Assembly: GCA_021513715.1 (NCBI GenBank)
Contig: CP084167.1
Location: forward strand, 3,232,001-3,296,000
Direction: 5' to 3'
Length of the DNA: 64,000 bases
Source: Candidatus Heimdallarchaeum endolithica
GTDB taxonomy: Archaea; Asgardarchaeota; Heimdallarchaeia; Heimdallarchaeales; Heimdallarchaeaceae
The translations under genes and the position numbers were made by a program. Positions 48,938 through 59,217 of the stretch are shown piece after piece (the stretch's first letter is position 1; every line of letters begins with the position of its first letter). The notes below the pieces were generated by a model. It had not been told where the DNA came from. It made no database searches and saw nothing but the letters and a program-made list of their open reading frames with translations.

Positions 48938-49576
48938 ATGCTGATAATTTTTGATTTAGATGGAACATTGGTTCAGAGTAATATTCTCTATTCTGAAATA
49001 AAAAAAGAACTTAAGGATTTACTTAAAGGAATCATTAGTAAAGAACTATACGAGGAATTTGTTTCTATTCCAAGATCTATTCTTGAAATTTTGAGTTATA
49101 TTTCTAAAAATGATAGTTCTTGTTTTTATAGTAAAAAAGCTTGGGAAATAGTGGAAAACTATGAGATTAAAGGATATGAAAATGCTACTATTCATGATGA
49201 TGTTCTTCCTACTTTAAAGATTCTTAAAGAAAAAGGAGCAACTATAGCCATTTTAACAAATAATTCAAGAAAGTTAACAGATTTTGCTATGAAACAGTTT
49301 AATTTGAATAAATATGTTGATTTTGTTGTAACTAGAGATGATGTTGAAAGAGTCAAACCTGATCCTGAAGGAATCTATAAAATAATGAAAAAGTTCAACA
49401 GAAGTAAGGAAGAAACTCTTTTTATAGGTGATTCTTGGTTAGATGCAGAATCTGCTTTTAATGCAGGAGTGAAGTTTGCTTATTTTGGAAAAGATAGTGG
49501 TGAAACAAGAGAAAAAAAGATTCCTGCTAAAATTGAAATAAATTCAATTAGTGAAGTCTTAAATTTAGGTTTTTGA
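48938..49576 (+). CDS. HAD phosphatase (phosphoglycolate phosphatase-like)
   Basis: FDLDGTL, LTNN, KPDPEG, IGDS..D; start moved from 48884 to the ATG at 48938. Confidence 0.9.
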   Translation: MLIIFDLDGTLVQSNILYSEIKKELKDLLKGIISKELYEEFVSIPRSILEILSYISKNDSSCFYSKKAWEIVENYEIKGYENATIHDDVLPTLKILKEKGATIAILTNNSRKLTDFAMKQFNLNKYVDFVVTRDDVERVKPDPEGIYKIMKKFNRSKEETLFIGDSWLDAESAFNAGVKFAYFGKDSGETREKKIPAKIEINSISEVLNLGF

Positions 49577-49637
49577 ACTTTTATCATTTCTTTTAAAAAC
49601 AAATAAATAGTACTTTGAGATTAGTTTGCTGATATAA

Positions 49638-51422
49638 ATGAAACTCAGATTAATGTTTAGAGGGATTCTAACACTCACTTTTATGTGGGGACTGGTATTT
49701 GCATTAGTATTAGCTGTTGAAGCAATCGTATTTCTTGCAACTGATGGTTCTGTTACAGCTGCTGTAATATTTACTTATCTCCCTGTTGTGATTACTTTAG
49801 GAATACTTTTTCTTCAATTTTTGCTTTCACCATTTTTTATGGACTTAAACCTTCGTTGGTTATATAAGATGACATGGATTCATCCAGAACAACTCCCTCC
49901 TCACTTAGCTAAATTCATTGCAGAACAAGAAGCAAAACATGGTATCTCAATAAAAAAAGTGGGAATGATTCATGACCAAAATCCACAAGCTTTTACTTAT
50001 GGTCATTTCAAGAAAAATGCTCGTGTGGTTCTTTCTGATGGGATATTAAACCTTCTTACTCCAGAAGAACAAGTAGCTGTAGTTGGACATGAACTTGGAC
50101 ATATTGCTCATATGGACTTCTTGTTTATGACAATTGCTGCTGCTGTACCTGTTATTCTCTATACTTTCTATGCTTTTTCAAGAGGCGTTCTAAGAACAAT
50201 GAGATATACTTCTAAAAGTGGAGGAAAAGATTCAGGAAAAGCTGCTGCTGCTATAGGTCTCACAGCTTTTGTTTTTATGGTCATTAGCTATTTGTTTTAT
50301 ATAATAAGTCAATTTTTAGTTCTCTTTTTGAGTAGAGTACGTGAATATTATGCAGATAGTTTTTCTGCAGAAAATACTGGTAACCCTAAAGGTCTTTCTA
50401 CTGCTTTGGTTAAAATAGCCTACGGTATGGTTCAAAGCCAGGCTGCTTATGCAACACAAATGCATGACAAATCTGCCTCAACGAAGGGAAGAGTTAAAGC
50501 TTCTCAACGTTATGGTTTTACAAATGCTATCCGCAGTATGAATATTTTTGATGTTAAAGCAGCTCAAGGTTTAGTAATGTCTGCTTATGCTCAATCTGCT
50601 ACTGCAGAAATTGAACCTGAAATGGTCGTTCGTGCTGCAGCTTGGGATTTAGAAAGCCCATGGGCTACTTACCTTGAACTCCAAAGTACACATCCTCTTG
50701 CAGCAAAAAGATTATTGGCTTTAGACGATATTGCTGAAGAAATGGGATTAAAACGAGCTTATCCGACTTTGGGAGAAGACAAGATTCATGAAACTCTATG
50801 GGATGAATTTTTAGTAGATTTATTTGTCTATTATGCTCTTCCATCTCTAATGCTAATTCTTCCAGCTTTAGGTTCACTAGTTATTCTAGCAGGAATTAAT
50901 CCACTTATTGGTGTAGGAGGAGGCCTCGCATTAGCTGCATTATTGTGGATATGGAGAATTAAGATTAGGTATCCAAAGATCTCTCCTGATTTACCTATAA
51001 TTAACATTATAGATGCTGTTACAGATGTTTCAGATGATAGATACGCTGAAGCATCTCCTGTTAGAGGAAAACCAATTAAACTTGAGGGACTAATAATTGG
51101 AAGAGGACAAGCAGGTTACTATTTCAGTGAAGATATGGTTCTCCAAGATTCAACTGGAATTATTACTTTAGATTATAATCCTGTTTTCAATTTCATGAGA
51201 TGGATAACTGCTTTATTCCGTGTTGAAAAATTGATTGGAAACAGAGTAATAGTCTTTGGTTGGTACAGACGTTCTCCTAAGCCATATGTTATGATAAAGA
51301 AGATGATTAAGCCTGATGGAAAGAAAATAGGTAGCAACTGGGATATAGCCAATTGGTTACTTGTTTTTGTACTCTTGATCGTTGCATTTGTCTTAGTTGT
51401 TTTAGGTTTAGGAATAGTGTAA
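49638..51422 (+). CDS. htpX: HtpX/M48 membrane zinc metalloprotease with C-terminal extension
   Basis: PQAFTYG, HELGH, SRVREYYAD, STHP. Confidence 0.88.
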   Translation: MKLRLMFRGILTLTFMWGLVFALVLAVEAIVFLATDGSVTAAVIFTYLPVVITLGILFLQFLLSPFFMDLNLRWLYKMTWIHPEQLPPHLAKFIAEQEAKHGISIKKVGMIHDQNPQAFTYGHFKKNARVVLSDGILNLLTPEEQVAVVGHELGHIAHMDFLFMTIAAAVPVILYTFYAFSRGVLRTMRYTSKSGGKDSGKAAAAIGLTAFVFMVISYLFYIISQFLVLFLSRVREYYADSFSAENTGNPKGLSTALVKIAYGMVQSQAAYATQMHDKSASTKGRVKASQRYGFTNAIRSMNIFDVKAAQGLVMSAYAQSATAEIEPEMVVRAAAWDLESPWATYLELQSTHPLAAKRLLALDDIAEEMGLKRAYPTLGEDKIHETLWDEFLVDLFVYYALPSLMLILPALGSLVILAGINPLIGVGGGLALAALLWIWRIKIRYPKISPDLPIINIIDAVTDVSDDRYAEASPVRGKPIKLEGLIIGRGQAGYYFSEDMVLQDSTGIITLDYNPVFNFMRWITALFRVEKLIGNRVIVFGWYRRSPKPYVMIKKMIKPDGKKIGSNWDIANWLLVFVLLIVAFVLVVLGLGIV

Positions 51423-51582
51423 TTAATTCCTATCTTTTATATTTCTTTTTTTATTAATTGATATACTTGAGATTTCTCAAGAATCAAACTATTTAGAGGT
51501 AAAAAAAATCAATTAAGTTAGCACAAATAACAGCAAAGTTAAATATGACTATCTTTGAGAATAAAGTAAGATTGGTGAGATT

Positions 51583-52539
51583 ATGTCTGAGGATGAACAA
51601 AAAACTCAAGTTGAAGAAGAGAAAACTGAGGTAGAAGAAGAAAAAGAAGAAACACCCCTAGAAATGTACCAAAAAGCAGGAAAAGTAGCTCACGAAATTC
51701 TTCAAACACTAAAAGAAATGGCTAAACCTGGCGTTAAAGCCATAGATTTAAGTGAAAAAGCAGATGCAATGATAGCTGAGGCAGGAATGAAACCAGCATT
51801 TCCTCTAAATATCGCAATAAATAATCATGCTGCTCATTACACTTGTCCTTGGGAAGATGATTTAATCCTTCAAGAGGGAGACGTTGTAAAAATCGATGTT
51901 GGTGTTCATTATAAGGGCTTTATTGCAGACACAGCTTTAACTGTTGCTTTTGATGATGTCCATAATGACTTAATTAAAGCAAGTAAAGAAGCAACTGAAA
52001 CAGCTGTAAAAGTCATCCGTGTAGGAAATTACACTGGTAAATTAGGAGATTTAATCGAGAATATTATCGAAGGATACGGTTTTTCAACAGTAAAAGAATT
52101 ATCAGGTCATTTACTTATGCCTTACCTTGTTCATGGTCCAAAAACTATACCAAATGTAAGTGGAAGAAAAGGTAACTTGATTTTACAAGATGAAGCCTAT
52201 GCTATCGAAACATTTGCAACCACAGGAGCAGGAGAATCAAAGCCTGACAAGACAAAATTGTACATTGTGAGGCTAGCAGAAGGACGATTTCCACTAAGAA
52301 CAAGAGCTGCAAAGGATGTAAGAAATCTTTTAGATAGAGAATATCACAGAATGCCAGTAGCAACAAGATGGATATATAAAGCCTTAGGACCTGCTAAAGC
52401 AAAAATGGGTATAAGAGAATTAATTAATGTAGGTGCTTTATATCAGTATCATGTACTATCTGATACTTCTGGATCCTTTGTTTCACAACATGAGCATACT
52501 GTTTATATGACTGAGGAAGGACCAGTACAAACTACATAA
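51583..52539 (+). CDS. map: methionine aminopeptidase type II
   Basis: AAHYT, KIDVGVH..G.IADTA, LSGH, AIETF, QHEHT. Confidence 0.95.
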   Translation: MSEDEQKTQVEEEKTEVEEEKEETPLEMYQKAGKVAHEILQTLKEMAKPGVKAIDLSEKADAMIAEAGMKPAFPLNIAINNHAAHYTCPWEDDLILQEGDVVKIDVGVHYKGFIADTALTVAFDDVHNDLIKASKEATETAVKVIRVGNYTGKLGDLIENIIEGYGFSTVKELSGHLLMPYLVHGPKTIPNVSGRKGNLILQDEAYAIETFATTGAGESKPDKTKLYIVRLAEGRFPLRTRAAKDVRNLLDREYHRMPVATRWIYKALGPAKAKMGIRELINVGALYQYHVLSDTSGSFVSQHEHTVYMTEEGPVQTT

Positions 52540-52675
52540 CTATTTTTTTATTTTATTATGTTTATTTTTTGTTTTCAAAGTTAGTTAATTGTTGTATCTT
52601 AATCTAAAACAAACCTTTTTTTACAAACAATAAATCTTTAATATTGAAAAGTTGTAAATGAATGTGTTGATATAA

Positions 52676-53899
52676 TTGACTCTACAAACAAGTGATTTTA
52701 AATTTATAACTTATGAGCCATGTTTTAATAATTACGATATTATATATAGCAAATACTTGGAAGTTTATGAAGAATTCAAGAAACTAGGAGAAGAAAATGT
52801 TAATTTTCGTGTTCTTTCTTACTTCTATGAAGGAATGCTCTATCTTATTAATGGTGATAAGTTCTTTTCAGAAAAAGAATATAAAAAAGCAAACGAGAAC
52901 TATGAGGACGCGCATAAACTGATTACACGTTCTAGAGCTTCAAGAGGAATAGAAAATGATAACATTTGGCTAGAAATGGTTAAATGGATAGCATATTGTG
53001 AATCTTATCTTAATCTTTCAAAAAGTTACCTAGTTAAGGACTTTTCTGAAAAAATAAAACTAATAAAGAAAAGCAAGGTTGCAATAAAAGATTTTGTTGA
53101 AAAAAGAAAATCTGATGAAAACGTTATCTTAAATGTCTATGCAAAAGTAAAAGAAAATTATATCTCTTATATATATTACATAAGTTTGGCGCAAAAATAT
53201 GAGAAAGATACTAGGATGCAGAAAAAAATACTACTTAAAGCGAGAAGAAAACTCCTTTTAGCTGACTTTATCCTTAATCGTTTCAGTGAAGAAATAGATG
53301 ATTTAGATTTCAAAATCGATGAATTAACAAAAATACATATAGTTGAAAGAGCTGAAATGTATTGGAATAAAGGGACTTTACTAATCTCTCAAAGCGACTT
53401 CATGAGTGCTCATAAATATCTTCTTTTAGCGTCACAATATTATGAGCGAGCAAGTAAAGTTTGTTCAGAGTTTATTGAGTTAAGGTTGTATTTAGCACTC
53501 AGTAAAATAACAGAAAGTAGTAGTCTTGAAGCAAAAGCAAATGAACTTTATAGACGTCAAGATCAACCATTGGAAGCAAGTAAGTTATTTGAAAAAGCTT
53601 ATGAAGTTGTTGATGAATCCCTAGGGTTACTCGCTACAATTCATAATGAAGTTTTAATTAACAATATGACAGCTCAAAGATCATATTATGAAGCTCTAGC
53701 ACTTGAAGCAAAAGGTATCTCTCTTTTTGATGAAGAAAAATACAAAGAAGCTATAAATGTTTTTGAGCAATCTATGCAAAAATTAAAAGAAACAGAAAGA
53801 TTAGTTATAGAAGGTAGTTCAGAACATCTACAAGAATATATACGTTTAGCGAAGAATGAGATTGAAGGGTATTTATCTATGGCAAAAACCATGCTTTAA
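52676..53899 (+). CDS. TPR/SNAP-like alpha-solenoid protein
   Basis: Repeated helical motifs (KANENYEDA, ASQYYERA, ASKLFEKA, AINVFEQS). Confidence 0.6.
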   Translation: MTLQTSDFKFITYEPCFNNYDIIYSKYLEVYEEFKKLGEENVNFRVLSYFYEGMLYLINGDKFFSEKEYKKANENYEDAHKLITRSRASRGIENDNIWLEMVKWIAYCESYLNLSKSYLVKDFSEKIKLIKKSKVAIKDFVEKRKSDENVILNVYAKVKENYISYIYYISLAQKYEKDTRMQKKILLKARRKLLLADFILNRFSEEIDDLDFKIDELTKIHIVERAEMYWNKGTLLISQSDFMSAHKYLLLASQYYERASKVCSEFIELRLYLALSKITESSSLEAKANELYRRQDQPLEASKLFEKAYEVVDESLGLLATIHNEVLINNMTAQRSYYEALALEAKGISLFDEEKYKEAINVFEQSMQKLKETERLVIEGSSEHLQEYIRLAKNEIEGYLSMAKTML

Positions 53900-53957
53900 T
53901 ACTCAACTTTTTTTCAATCAATAATCTTTATTTATCTCAATATAAACAATAAGTGTA

Positions 53958-54653
53958 ATGTTGTTTGACGATTTTGAAATAAAGGAGTACTTAGAAAATT
54001 TTTTCTCAAAGAATCTAGCTGCTAAAGATTATCCAGAACCAGACACTGATCTTGATCATAAATTAGTGTGGAATTATAGTGAAAATGAAGATACTTTTTC
54101 AGTACCTCTTGATCCAATAAATGATCCTTACGAATACCTTGGAGTTACAGTAGGTGAGGTTTTTGCTCACCATCGTTTCAAACCAATTGTTTGGCACTTG
54201 TATCTTTTTGGCAATAAAATAAAGAGTTTTGAATGGATTAAATTAAAAGATGGAACTGATTACCTCTTTAATGTTGGAACTTACTCTTTTATTTCTTATA
54301 TCTATGATTTTAAAAGTGGGAAAAGGTTATACAAGAACCCAATAGAAGAGATAAAATCTCAAATAGTTTCACTTAATCTTAAACATGATATTTCTGTAAA
54401 TGATGTAAATGAATTTGTAGATTATTCATTTCCTGAAAACTACAGATGGGGAGAGGTTTCTAGAAACGCTGTAATTGCTCTTATAATTGATAATTTCAAT
54501 AAAGATAAAATAAATGTTAATGTTCTCGGGTTAATTAATCGAGTTTTACACGAATATTCTAGTTATGAACCTGATCAACAACTACTAGAAAGAGTGAAAA
54601 AAGGAGATTCACCTTTTGAACTAGGAACAATCTTTTATAATGATTTTATTTAA
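53958..54653 (+). CDS. hypothetical protein
   Basis: 231-aa ORF; no recognised motif. Confidence 0.7.
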   Translation: MLFDDFEIKEYLENFFSKNLAAKDYPEPDTDLDHKLVWNYSENEDTFSVPLDPINDPYEYLGVTVGEVFAHHRFKPIVWHLYLFGNKIKSFEWIKLKDGTDYLFNVGTYSFISYIYDFKSGKRLYKNPIEEIKSQIVSLNLKHDISVNDVNEFVDYSFPENYRWGEVSRNAVIALIIDNFNKDKINVNVLGLINRVLHEYSSYEPDQQLLERVKKGDSPFELGTIFYNDFI

Positions 54654-54697
54654 AAAAAGAAAAAATTTAACTTATTTTAAATTCTACACCGAATCCT

Positions 54698-54937
54698 CCA
54701 TGACAGTCTTCTTAACCTCTTCTTTTGTTTCCCCTCTTTTCCTCTGTCCTTTGTGCGGAAAATCCATCTTTCTTGTCCAGTGACAAACTTTTATACTATT
54801 TTCCTATCTTCTCTTGTGGGTTGAAAGGGTTTTTCTAAAAAACTTTTGACCGATTTTAATAAGCTGAAGTTAGAATTGTTCATATTATTATTGTCGGGCT
54901 TTCAACCCATAACTTTTACGATAATTCGGAAGTACTA
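54698..54937 (-). mobile_element. truncated remnant of the ISH3-family element (one TIR plus frameshifted transposase 5' end)
   Basis: Matches 27825-28065 with about 7 differences including a 1-bp deletion; ends in CGGAAGTACTA. Confidence 0.93.
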
Positions 54938-54999
54938 CTATTAAACAAAAAATTTATTTATTTACTTACTTATTTTCACAAATTTCTGTATGTGATTAT

Positions 55000-55566
55000 A
55001 TGAAGAGAAAAACATTGTTAAAAATTGGGTTAATTGTTGGATTGTCAGCTATTTTTTCAATAACTAACTTTTCAAACATACAAGCAGTAACATGTTTATT
55101 TGATCAAACGTTTTTCTACCACGGAAATAGAGACTTTAACTACATGACTATCGAAATGAGGATTTTAGTGTGTAGTAACCAACATGTGGAATGTTACGTG
55201 TCCTATTATATACCAGAAAATCAACCACCAGGTATCTGGTTTGAAAAAATAGAATTATGGGTTCGAGGACATTATTGGGAAGTTCCAGATGAACCGATTG
55301 TCCCAGCAAATGCATATGGTGTTTATCAATATGGTTATGCTGAAAGATATGGTGATCTTGAAAAATCAGTTTGGGAAAATGGTCAATTATGTCTAGATAT
55401 TGTCGTTGGACTTAAGTTTCACAATGTGGGTGTAGCTCATTATGCTTCTCAAGCATTATCAATATGGAATTTTAATGGTAGAGCAATAGCATTAATTGCA
55501 TTTGAAGATTTATCAATATTGTCTTATACTGAATTTGAAGGATTAAGAAAAAACGACCCCTACTGA
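55000..55566 (+). CDS. secreted hypothetical protein
   Basis: MKRK plus hydrophobic signal peptide ending IQA; beta-rich, aromatic-rich. Confidence 0.7.
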   Translation: MKRKTLLKIGLIVGLSAIFSITNFSNIQAVTCLFDQTFFYHGNRDFNYMTIEMRILVCSNQHVECYVSYYIPENQPPGIWFEKIELWVRGHYWEVPDEPIVPANAYGVYQYGYAERYGDLEKSVWENGQLCLDIVVGLKFHNVGVAHYASQALSIWNFNGRAIALIAFEDLSILSYTEFEGLRKNDPY

Positions 55567-55648
55567 ATTTGTGAAATTAAGAATTAACGGATAAGAAAAA
55601 TCAATTTAGTAATAAATAAATAAAGGGAAGTAAAGCATTAAAAAAGAG

Positions 55649-56962
55649 ATGGAAGTTGCAAAAATGATACAGAAAACGATGAGAAAAAAAATATACTTTT
55701 TTCTATTCATAAGCTTTTTTTTACGTCTTGTCATGTTAGATGTTATAGCTGATATAGAGCATACAATTTCAAATGTAAATAATTTTAAAGAAACTAAAAT
55801 AACTTCAGAACAAACTCCACTAGTTTTCCATATTCTCTCTCCAACTAATGGACGTACCTACGATAATAAAGTGAAAGTTAGTTACTTTCTTGATCCACTA
55901 GATGCAAATGTGACTTTTTGGTTAAACGACACTCTTCTCTCTGTTTCTAATAATTCATATATTTCTCTTTCTATTAGAGGTGTATATAACTTAACTGGTA
56001 TTGCATCTTATGGTGATAATAATGTTAGTCAAACTGTCTTATTTGTTTTTCTAGTTCCTTTAGACGCAAAATTTAAAGTAACTAATCCTCCTCCCTATCC
56101 TATATATGGTTCTAATAAGAATACGAAGTATTATGTATTTGCTCCTAATGATACTATCTCCCTCCTAGTGAACTTTTCAGAGTTCAGCAAAAATTTTACA
56201 ATAGAGTTGAAAGTATGGAATTTGACACAGGTAGAAAATGAAACATGGATGTATAAACATACTTATGAAAGATTTACTTTAACTTCTGCAAATTATACTT
56301 GGCTGAATCAATCAACAATAAATCTCTTTATTGAACCTATTTTTTCAAATTATACTTTACCTCCTATCATTGATGAGAATGATCCTAGATATTATAGCCC
56401 TGACTTTCCGCCAGAGGATGGATATAGTTATTATTCTATTATGTTCCAAATGTGGTCATCTATAAATTCTGACTATCTTAACTCTACTTATTATTTTGGA
56501 AGAGATTATTATAGTCCTGTTGTCCAAATACTCGATGCTTATAGTTTTAGCGGCTTTTTAAGTGAACCACAAAAGGGTGTAGTTTACCCTCACATAGCTA
56601 TTTTTGACAGTTCTGATATCTTGCTTAACAAAACGGTTATACTTCTTGATGGTCAAAAAATCGCAGATGGTGAGGATTTTTATCGTATCATTAATGGTGA
56701 CTACAGAATCGATCTGTTGCTTGATACTACTCTCTATACTAATGGACAGCATAATCTCACTATATTAACAAGCGATATTTATCACCATTCTACCGTCCAA
56801 ACATTTCTTTTTATTATTTATAATCCTCTTGAAACAACTAACTCTCCTCTTCAAACAACTAGCACTCCTTACTTTCCCTTTATTGGAATAATTTCTACTT
56901 TAGTTTTATATACTATACTACGTTCTCGAAGAAAAAGACAAGATCTTTCTTCTAACCCTTAA
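55649..56962 (+). CDS. cell-surface glycoprotein with Ig-like domains and CTERM-type anchor
   Basis: Signal peptide, ILSPTNG/NGQHNLTI Ig-like motifs, many sequons, Thr-rich linker, TPYF + TM + RSRRKR. Confidence 0.75.
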   Translation: MEVAKMIQKTMRKKIYFFLFISFFLRLVMLDVIADIEHTISNVNNFKETKITSEQTPLVFHILSPTNGRTYDNKVKVSYFLDPLDANVTFWLNDTLLSVSNNSYISLSIRGVYNLTGIASYGDNNVSQTVLFVFLVPLDAKFKVTNPPPYPIYGSNKNTKYYVFAPNDTISLLVNFSEFSKNFTIELKVWNLTQVENETWMYKHTYERFTLTSANYTWLNQSTINLFIEPIFSNYTLPPIIDENDPRYYSPDFPPEDGYSYYSIMFQMWSSINSDYLNSTYYFGRDYYSPVVQILDAYSFSGFLSEPQKGVVYPHIAIFDSSDILLNKTVILLDGQKIADGEDFYRIINGDYRIDLLLDTTLYTNGQHNLTILTSDIYHHSTVQTFLFIIYNPLETTNSPLQTTSTPYFPFIGIISTLVLYTILRSRRKRQDLSSNP

Positions 56963-57218
56963 CTCCTCTTACTTTTTTACTATCTGATTTTTTTTGTAAA
57001 ATGAACTTGTTTTTCGTCTCAATCTACTAAAAGGATATTTTTTCTAGTTTCTACAGTAGATTTGTTATCAACCTTCTTGTCGAGTTCAATGAACATTTAA
57101 TTTATTTTAGTTTAGCTCTTTCTTCTGAATAACTAAAATGAGATTTAAATTTATGTTTAGATATTGATAAGAATTGAGTTGATGTAAATTAAAAAAGAAA
57201 TTAGAAAGGAATGAAAAA

Positions 57219-58193
57219 TTATTTTATCTTTTCTTTTAGAATAGGAAGAATTTGATGAAGATCTCCTACTATTCCGTAGTCACAATATTTGAATATAGAA
57301 GCTCTTTCGTCAGTATTTATTGCTATCAAAGTTTTAGCCTTAACTCCACAGATATGTTGAGGCGCTCCACTAATTCCAGCAGCAATGTATAAATCAGGAG
57401 AAACTGACTGACCAGTTTGGCCTATTTCATAAGTTTCTTCTATCCAATGTAGATCTGTGCAAGCTCTTGTTGCGCCCATTTCTCCTCCAAGCAAATCAGC
57501 TAGTTCTTTAATTATAGCGAATTTTTCTTTTCCACCTACTCCTCTTCCTCCAGCAACAATTATCTTTGCATCTTTAAGATTAACTGTCTTCTTCGCTTTA
57601 AGAATCTCTACACTTTTAACAATTCTATCTTTATCATCGAATGAAACAGTTATTTTTTCTACTTCTGGCTCTTGTCCTTTAGGATTCTCATCTATGAAGA
57701 AAGCACCCGCGCGAGTTGTGATGAATATTTTTTTTCCTATAGATTTCATTTTTACCATAGCTTGATCGTCTCTAACTGGAGTAATAGCTATAAGTTCATC
57801 ACCCTCTAAGATCAAGTCTGTTACTCTTTCAAGACAAGTAGTGTTATAATGAACAGCTAATCTGGGAATGAGGTCTTCTACATTAACTAGTCCTCCACCA
57901 ATAACTACTTTAGGGTCAGCAGTTTTGATAATCTCTAACATGGTTTTTACATAAGCTCGAGAAAGATAAGTAGTCAATTCTGGAGCTTCTACTACAAAGA
58001 CTTTTTTAGCTCCATGTTTACCTAAAGTGGAAATCCATTCATCTTTTGCTTGTTCACAAAGTAGGGCAGCAGAGACATCTCCTAAATGTGTGAAGTTTTT
58101 TACTTTGTTCAGAACTCCTAAAACGTTTTCTTCTATTTCTCCATCCCTGATTAAAGCAAAAACAAGTATTTCAGTCATTTTATGCACCTCCAA
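57219..58193 (-). CDS. etfA: electron transfer flavoprotein alpha subunit
   Basis: GGRGVG, IGQTG, GISGAPQH, AINTD; likely start 58178. Confidence 0.95.
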   Translation of the reverse strand: MEVHKMTEILVFALIRDGEIEENVLGVLNKVKNFTHLGDVSAALLCEQAKDEWISTLGKHGAKKVFVVEAPELTTYLSRAYVKTMLEIIKTADPKVVIGGGLVNVEDLIPRLAVHYNTTCLERVTDLILEGDELIAITPVRDDQAMVKMKSIGKKIFITTRAGAFFIDENPKGQEPEVEKITVSFDDKDRIVKSVEILKAKKTVNLKDAKIIVAGGRGVGGKEKFAIIKELADLLGGEMGATRACTDLHWIEETYEIGQTGQSVSPDLYIAAGISGAPQHICGVKAKTLIAINTDERASIFKYCDYGIVGDLHQILPILKEKIK

Positions 58194-58995
58194 GTTTTAT
58201 ACCGTCTTCTTTCATCTTCTCAAGAAGCTTATTTACCATTTCCTCAGGTTCGCCTTCTGAAATAATGAAGCTTTCTTTCTCAATAACAATATTCTCTAGT
58301 GAAACAACCTTTAGATCAGAACTATCTTTTCCTATATCACTAGCTGAAAGACCTAGATCTTCAAGTGTCCATGTTGGAATTTGAGCTCTTTTCGACATCA
58401 TAATCCCTCGCATTGAGGTATAACGAGGAATAAAATATTCAGAGTCAGAAATGCTGAACAAAGATTGGCCTAAAGGAACTTGAACAATTTCTTTTCCTCC
58501 TTCTAGCACTCTAGAAACAATAAAGGCATTATCCTTCTTTTCAAGTTTTTCAACGTAAAGAACAGAAGGAATGTCTAAAAGCTCTGCAAGCATAGGTGCT
58601 TCAGCGTAGGAAGAAGTAGGCATTACTTGTCCACCAATCATGACTAAATCATATTCCCCAATTTTCTCAAGGATTTTCTGATAAACTTTAGCCATAGTAA
58701 AAGGGTCATGACTAAAAATCTCTTTAGAATTGACAACAATTCCAGAGTTACAACCCATGGCTATTGCTTCTCTAACTGCTTTCTCAGGCTTCATATCTCC
58801 AACACAAACGGCTGTTACAGTTGCACTATCACTATCTTTGAATTTCAAAGCTCCTTCAATAGCGTTCTTGTCAATAGGATTGATAATTAGATCATCAACA
58901 TTGATTTTTGATTCATCAAAATAGTCTATTCCCTCAAGATTGACCTGAGGATCAAGAATTTGACGTATAAACACAACGATATTCATATTAATCAA
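58180..58995 (-). CDS. etfB: electron transfer flavoprotein beta subunit
   Basis: NPID.NAIE.AL, REAIAMG, PRY. Confidence 0.93.
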   Translation of the reverse strand: MINMNIVVFIRQILDPQVNLEGIDYFDESKINVDDLIINPIDKNAIEGALKFKDSDSATVTAVCVGDMKPEKAVREAIAMGCNSGIVVNSKEIFSHDPFTMAKVYQKILEKIGEYDLVMIGGQVMPTSSYAEAPMLAELLDIPSVLYVEKLEKKDNAFIVSRVLEGGKEIVQVPLGQSLFSISDSEYFIPRYTSMRGIMMSKRAQIPTWTLEDLGLSASDIGKDSSDLKVVSLENIVIEKESFIISEGEPEEMVNKLLEKMKEDGIKLGGA

Positions 58996-59217
58996 AAAAT
59001 GAACAAATAAGAATTACAAAAATCTTTCTCTCTGTTATTTTCAACAATGAGAAAAAAAAAAGACATCTCTGGGCTGAAGAATCCCTTTTATAATAATTTA
59101 ACAGTTGGCAATAAATATTTCATATTATTAAAATCATTTTTTCTCCTTTCTTTCAGTATTCTGTTAGAGATATTTAGTAAATCTTTTTAAATAGAAAGAA
59201 TAGTTTTCTCAGATTTT

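Noticed and set aside
56963-57218. Possible second IS end or ncRNA after the surface-protein gene
   Set aside because: No TIR match, stable stem or box motifs found by eye
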